DNA of 40,808 nt from Gemmatimonadota bacterium (GTDB lineage: Bacteria; Latescibacterota; UBA2968; UBA8231). The stretch is from contig JAYPJE010000017.1 in NCBI GenBank assembly GCA_038128265.1, positions 1 to 40,808 on the forward strand. Reading direction: 5' to 3'. Shown here piece after piece: positions 38,229 to 40,808 of the stretch. The notes under the pieces are model-generated. The model was given only the letters and a program-made list of their open reading frames with translations. It was not told the origin of the DNA and ran no database searches. Each line of letters starts with the position of its first letter. The stretch's first letter is position 1. The position numbers and the translations under genes were made by a program.

Positions 38229-38735
38229 CTATTCATCTGAATCCTCACCCGCTTCGATCAGATCGGCGATATTATAGACGACTTCGTCAATGGTAATGGT
38301 GCCGGTGGCGTTTAGGTCGCTTCCCTGCACGCCAATGACGATATCCAGCACCATAATGCCCTCCTGCGCACCCGACAGGTTAATGGTCCCTTTGACGGGA
38401 ATATTGGGGTAGAGCTCTTTACCTACGTCGAGCGCACCATCCAAAAAAAGCATCCCGTCGGGCGAGTACTTTTCCATCGTCCAGGTATTGCCTTCGATAA
38501 GCAACCGACCCTCAATGCCGGCAATGGCCGTCGTATCGGCGACCAGCGACGCAAAGAACGCGCTTTGAAAGCTCTGGACCAGCACATCGGTAACGGCCAC
38601 AGCCTCTTCGGATATGGCACCCGCTCTATCCTCCTCAGGCTCCATCGGCGCATCGCTTCCGCCGCCGCCGCAGGCCGCGAAAAAAAAGAGTCCGCACGAC
38701 AGAACAACGACCCACTGCTCAAGCGCCTTTTTCAT
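38229..38735 (-). CDS. Hypothetical acidic lipoprotein
   Basis: MKK plus hydrophobic region, lipobox FAA-C followed by a GGGGS linker; beta-rich C-terminus. Confidence 0.75.
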   Translation of the reverse strand: MKKALEQWVVVLSCGLFFFAACGGGGSDAPMEPEEDRAGAISEEAVAVTDVLVQSFQSAFFASLVADTTAIAGIEGRLLIEGNTWTMEKYSPDGMLFLDGALDVGKELYPNIPVKGTINLSGAQEGIMVLDIVIGVQGSDLNATGTITIDEVVYNIADLIEAGEDSDE

Positions 38736-38750
38736 TTCTGCCTCGTCTTC

Positions 38751-39485
38751 TCATTTGCCCGGCGTCAAACGACTCCGCAGCGTCTGTAATTTCTCGGGGT
38801 AGTTGGTGAGTATGCCGTCGACTCCACAGCCGATGAGGCGCTCCATCTCCGCCTCTTCGTCGGCATAGAACGGATTGACCTCCATCCCCTTGGCATGGGC
38901 CGCGGCGACCAATTCGGGCGTGGTCACGGCATGGCCTGGCTGCAGGATGGAGCAGCCCAGCGCGTGCGAGCGCAGCACGTAGTTTTCTATTGGCGGCACG
39001 CTCAAATTGCACATCGTCAGCCCCTGGTTGACGCGCCGCGCCAGCGCCAGCGTCTGCCCGTCCGATGCCAGAAAGGCGCGCTCCAGCAGACCGCGATCGG
39101 CCAAGCGACGAACCACCCGCGTGGCCAGTTCGGCCCGGTCGTGCTCATAGGCTTTAGCATGCACGTTGAGCCGCACATCGCCGACCAAGATATCCAGCGC
39201 TTCGTCCAGCCGTAAAAAGCGCTGCCCGACAAAGCGCGCATCAAACCACGTCCCGGCATCGAGCTGGGCGATCTCTTCCCACCGCATGTGGCGCACCCGG
39301 CCGCTGCCGTCCGAGGTGCGATCGACGCTGTCGTCGTGAATGACGACCAACTCTCCGTCTGCGCTCAGGTGTACATCCAATTCGACGGCCTCCACTTCCA
39401 GGCGCAGGGCTTCGACAAACGCCGACTCCGTGTTTTCTGGATGGGTGCCCGATGCGCCGCGGTGGGCCACTACGGCAACGCTCAC
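38751..39485 (-). CDS. Glycerophosphodiester phosphodiesterase family protein
   Basis: VAHRGAS, PENT, ELDVHLS.DG, VIHD, GVDGILTNYP; GTGA overlap with the upstream gene. Confidence 0.92.
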   Translation of the reverse strand: MSVAVVAHRGASGTHPENTESAFVEALRLEVEAVELDVHLSADGELVVIHDDSVDRTSDGSGRVRHMRWEEIAQLDAGTWFDARFVGQRFLRLDEALDILVGDVRLNVHAKAYEHDRAELATRVVRRLADRGLLERAFLASDGQTLALARRVNQGLTMCNLSVPPIENYVLRSHALGCSILQPGHAVTTPELVAAAHAKGMEVNPFYADEEAEMERLIGCGVDGILTNYPEKLQTLRSRLTPGK

Positions 39486-40579
39486 GGCAACACCTCTTCG
39501 TAGGCCTGTGCGTAGCGCTGCAGTGCCGCCTCATCCAGTGCACAGCCCAGACCCGGAGCCTGCGGAGTGGCCACGTAGCCATCGGCAAATTCGATCGGCG
39601 CGACGATTAGATCGTCTTCGCGCGTCCACGAACCGACAAAGTCGGATGCCATCGTGCAGTTGGGCGCTGCCGCCGCCGCGTGAATATACGCCGTGTCGAC
39701 AATGCCCAAATCGTTGCCCGAGCCGTGCCAACACACCATGCCTGCCGCAGCCGCAATAGCCGCATTTTGCTGAAAGCCAAATAGGCCACCGCCGAGGTTA
39801 AAACAGTCGGCCAAATCCTCTTTGAGCGCGGTGAGCACCGCCGATCCGGCTCCGAGGTGTTGCGCTAGCGGTAGGTTGATTTCCTCGTGGATGCGCCTAT
39901 ACCCTTCGATATCGGATTTGGGTATGGGATCCTCAAAGACCTCGACGTTGCCCAGCGCCTCCAATTCGGCGGCCAGAGCAATCGTTTGCTCGGCCGTGCG
40001 AAAGCGCTCGTTGGGATCGACCGTCACCTTGAACTCCGGCCCGGCCACGTCGAGTATGGCGCGCAGGCGCTCAACCATCGGCTCCTCAATCTTACACTTA
40101 ATCTTAACCCCCCTGAACCCGCCCTCCAGCGCCCGTTCAACGGAGCGCTTGGAATCCTCCGGCGTTTGCTGCCCCATCCAGTAGTCGGCGCGCACCCTGT
40201 CGCGCACGGCGCCCCCCAGCAGCGCGTGCACCGGCACCCCACGCGCCTTGCCGACCAGATCGCACACGGCCATTTCAAAGGCGTCGTAGGCCGGCCCCGA
40301 CCCTGCGGTTTCGCCCGCTGCCCCGCGCGAAAAAATATCCTGCAGCGGCACCTTGTCGGCATCTTTGCCCACCAGCAGAGCCGCCCCTTGGCGCACTTGC
40401 TCTATCGGCGCACCGCGTCCCGTTTCCCCCAGGCCGATCCACTCGCCGTCCGTGCGCAGGCGCAGGATGTGCTTGGGCACCTGATCCCAGCCCGTTTCCG
40501 GCACCCATTCGCGGCTGTGCACGCGACCGGGAATAGTGGGAACGACGACGGTCCAGATATCAACGGCTGTAATTTTCAT
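39482..40579 (-). CDS. Mandelate racemase/muconate lactonizing enzyme family protein
   Basis: GLGET, FEMAVCDLVGK, KIK motif, DPN, EDP, APGLG. Confidence 0.88.
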   Translation of the reverse strand: MKITAVDIWTVVVPTIPGRVHSREWVPETGWDQVPKHILRLRTDGEWIGLGETGRGAPIEQVRQGAALLVGKDADKVPLQDIFSRGAAGETAGSGPAYDAFEMAVCDLVGKARGVPVHALLGGAVRDRVRADYWMGQQTPEDSKRSVERALEGGFRGVKIKCKIEEPMVERLRAILDVAGPEFKVTVDPNERFRTAEQTIALAAELEALGNVEVFEDPIPKSDIEGYRRIHEEINLPLAQHLGAGSAVLTALKEDLADCFNLGGGLFGFQQNAAIAAAAGMVCWHGSGNDLGIVDTAYIHAAAAAPNCTMASDFVGSWTREDDLIVAPIEFADGYVATPQAPGLGCALDEAALQRYAQAYEEVLP

Positions 40580-40591
40580 CGCAATGCTCCC

Positions 40592-40808
40592 TCAGGGGAT
40601 AAAGGACGCGTTGGTTTCCAACGCGAGCACAAATTCTGCGAGCAACTTGGCGGCGTTGTCCAGATCCTTCAGCGACACCACTTCGACCGGCGTGTGCATA
40701 TAGCGCTGCGGCAAACTGACGAGGCCGGCTGCTACTCCGGCGCGGCTCAGCTGAATCGCATTGGCATCCGTTCCCGTGCCGCCCGGCTCAGCCATAATCT
40801 GGTGGGGA
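40592..40808 (-). CDS. M42 family (TET) aminopeptidase, C-terminal fragment truncated by the window edge
   Basis: GGTGTDANAIQ...SLPQRYMHTPVEVV..KDL is the typical M42 C-terminus. Confidence 0.85.
   Translation of the reverse strand, partial: PHQIMAEPGGTGTDANAIQLSRAGVAAGLVSLPQRYMHTPVEVVSLKDLDNAAKLLAEFVLALETNASFIP

Noticed and set aside
1..40808. CRISPR arrays, tRNA/rRNA genes, IS elements, prophage genes
   Set aside because: No regularly spaced repeats, cloverleaf patterns, transposase, integrase or phage structural motifs were seen.

Overview
A GC-rich, gene-dense bacterial window with about 40 CDSs. I found no rRNA, tRNA, CRISPR array, transposase or integrase. The content is dominated by small-molecule and sugar-acid catabolic enzymes of unknown specificity: an SDR, a VOC protein, three Gfo/Idh/MocA oxidoreductases, two PhyH-type dioxygenases, two DHDPS-family lyases, two enolase-superfamily enzymes, a UxuA-like dehydratase, a KdgK-like kinase, two cupins, an epimerase, two amidohydrolases, a class III CoA-transferase and a divergent GHMP kinase. 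By inference this resembles marine Latescibacterota/Poribacteria/PVC-type genomes. Other genes include an orphan hybrid histidine kinase, a stand-alone sigma70 region-4 protein coupled to lnt and an esterase, an ATL + MATE pair, a stand-alone TrpB2, and a MoxR-type AAA+ ATPase coupled to a 612-aa unknown partner. The best candidates for undescribed biology are: (1) the AAA+/612-aa pair, whose partner looks like a degenerate TraB/YehM-like domain fused to a degenerate VWA; (2) the histidine kinase and sigma4-only/lnt units, which share a promoter architecture and a downstream motif; (3) several enzymes with substituted active-site residues. One beta-propeller gene is split by a 1-nt frameshift near 3885. 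All family calls come from motifs read by eye, not from database searches.
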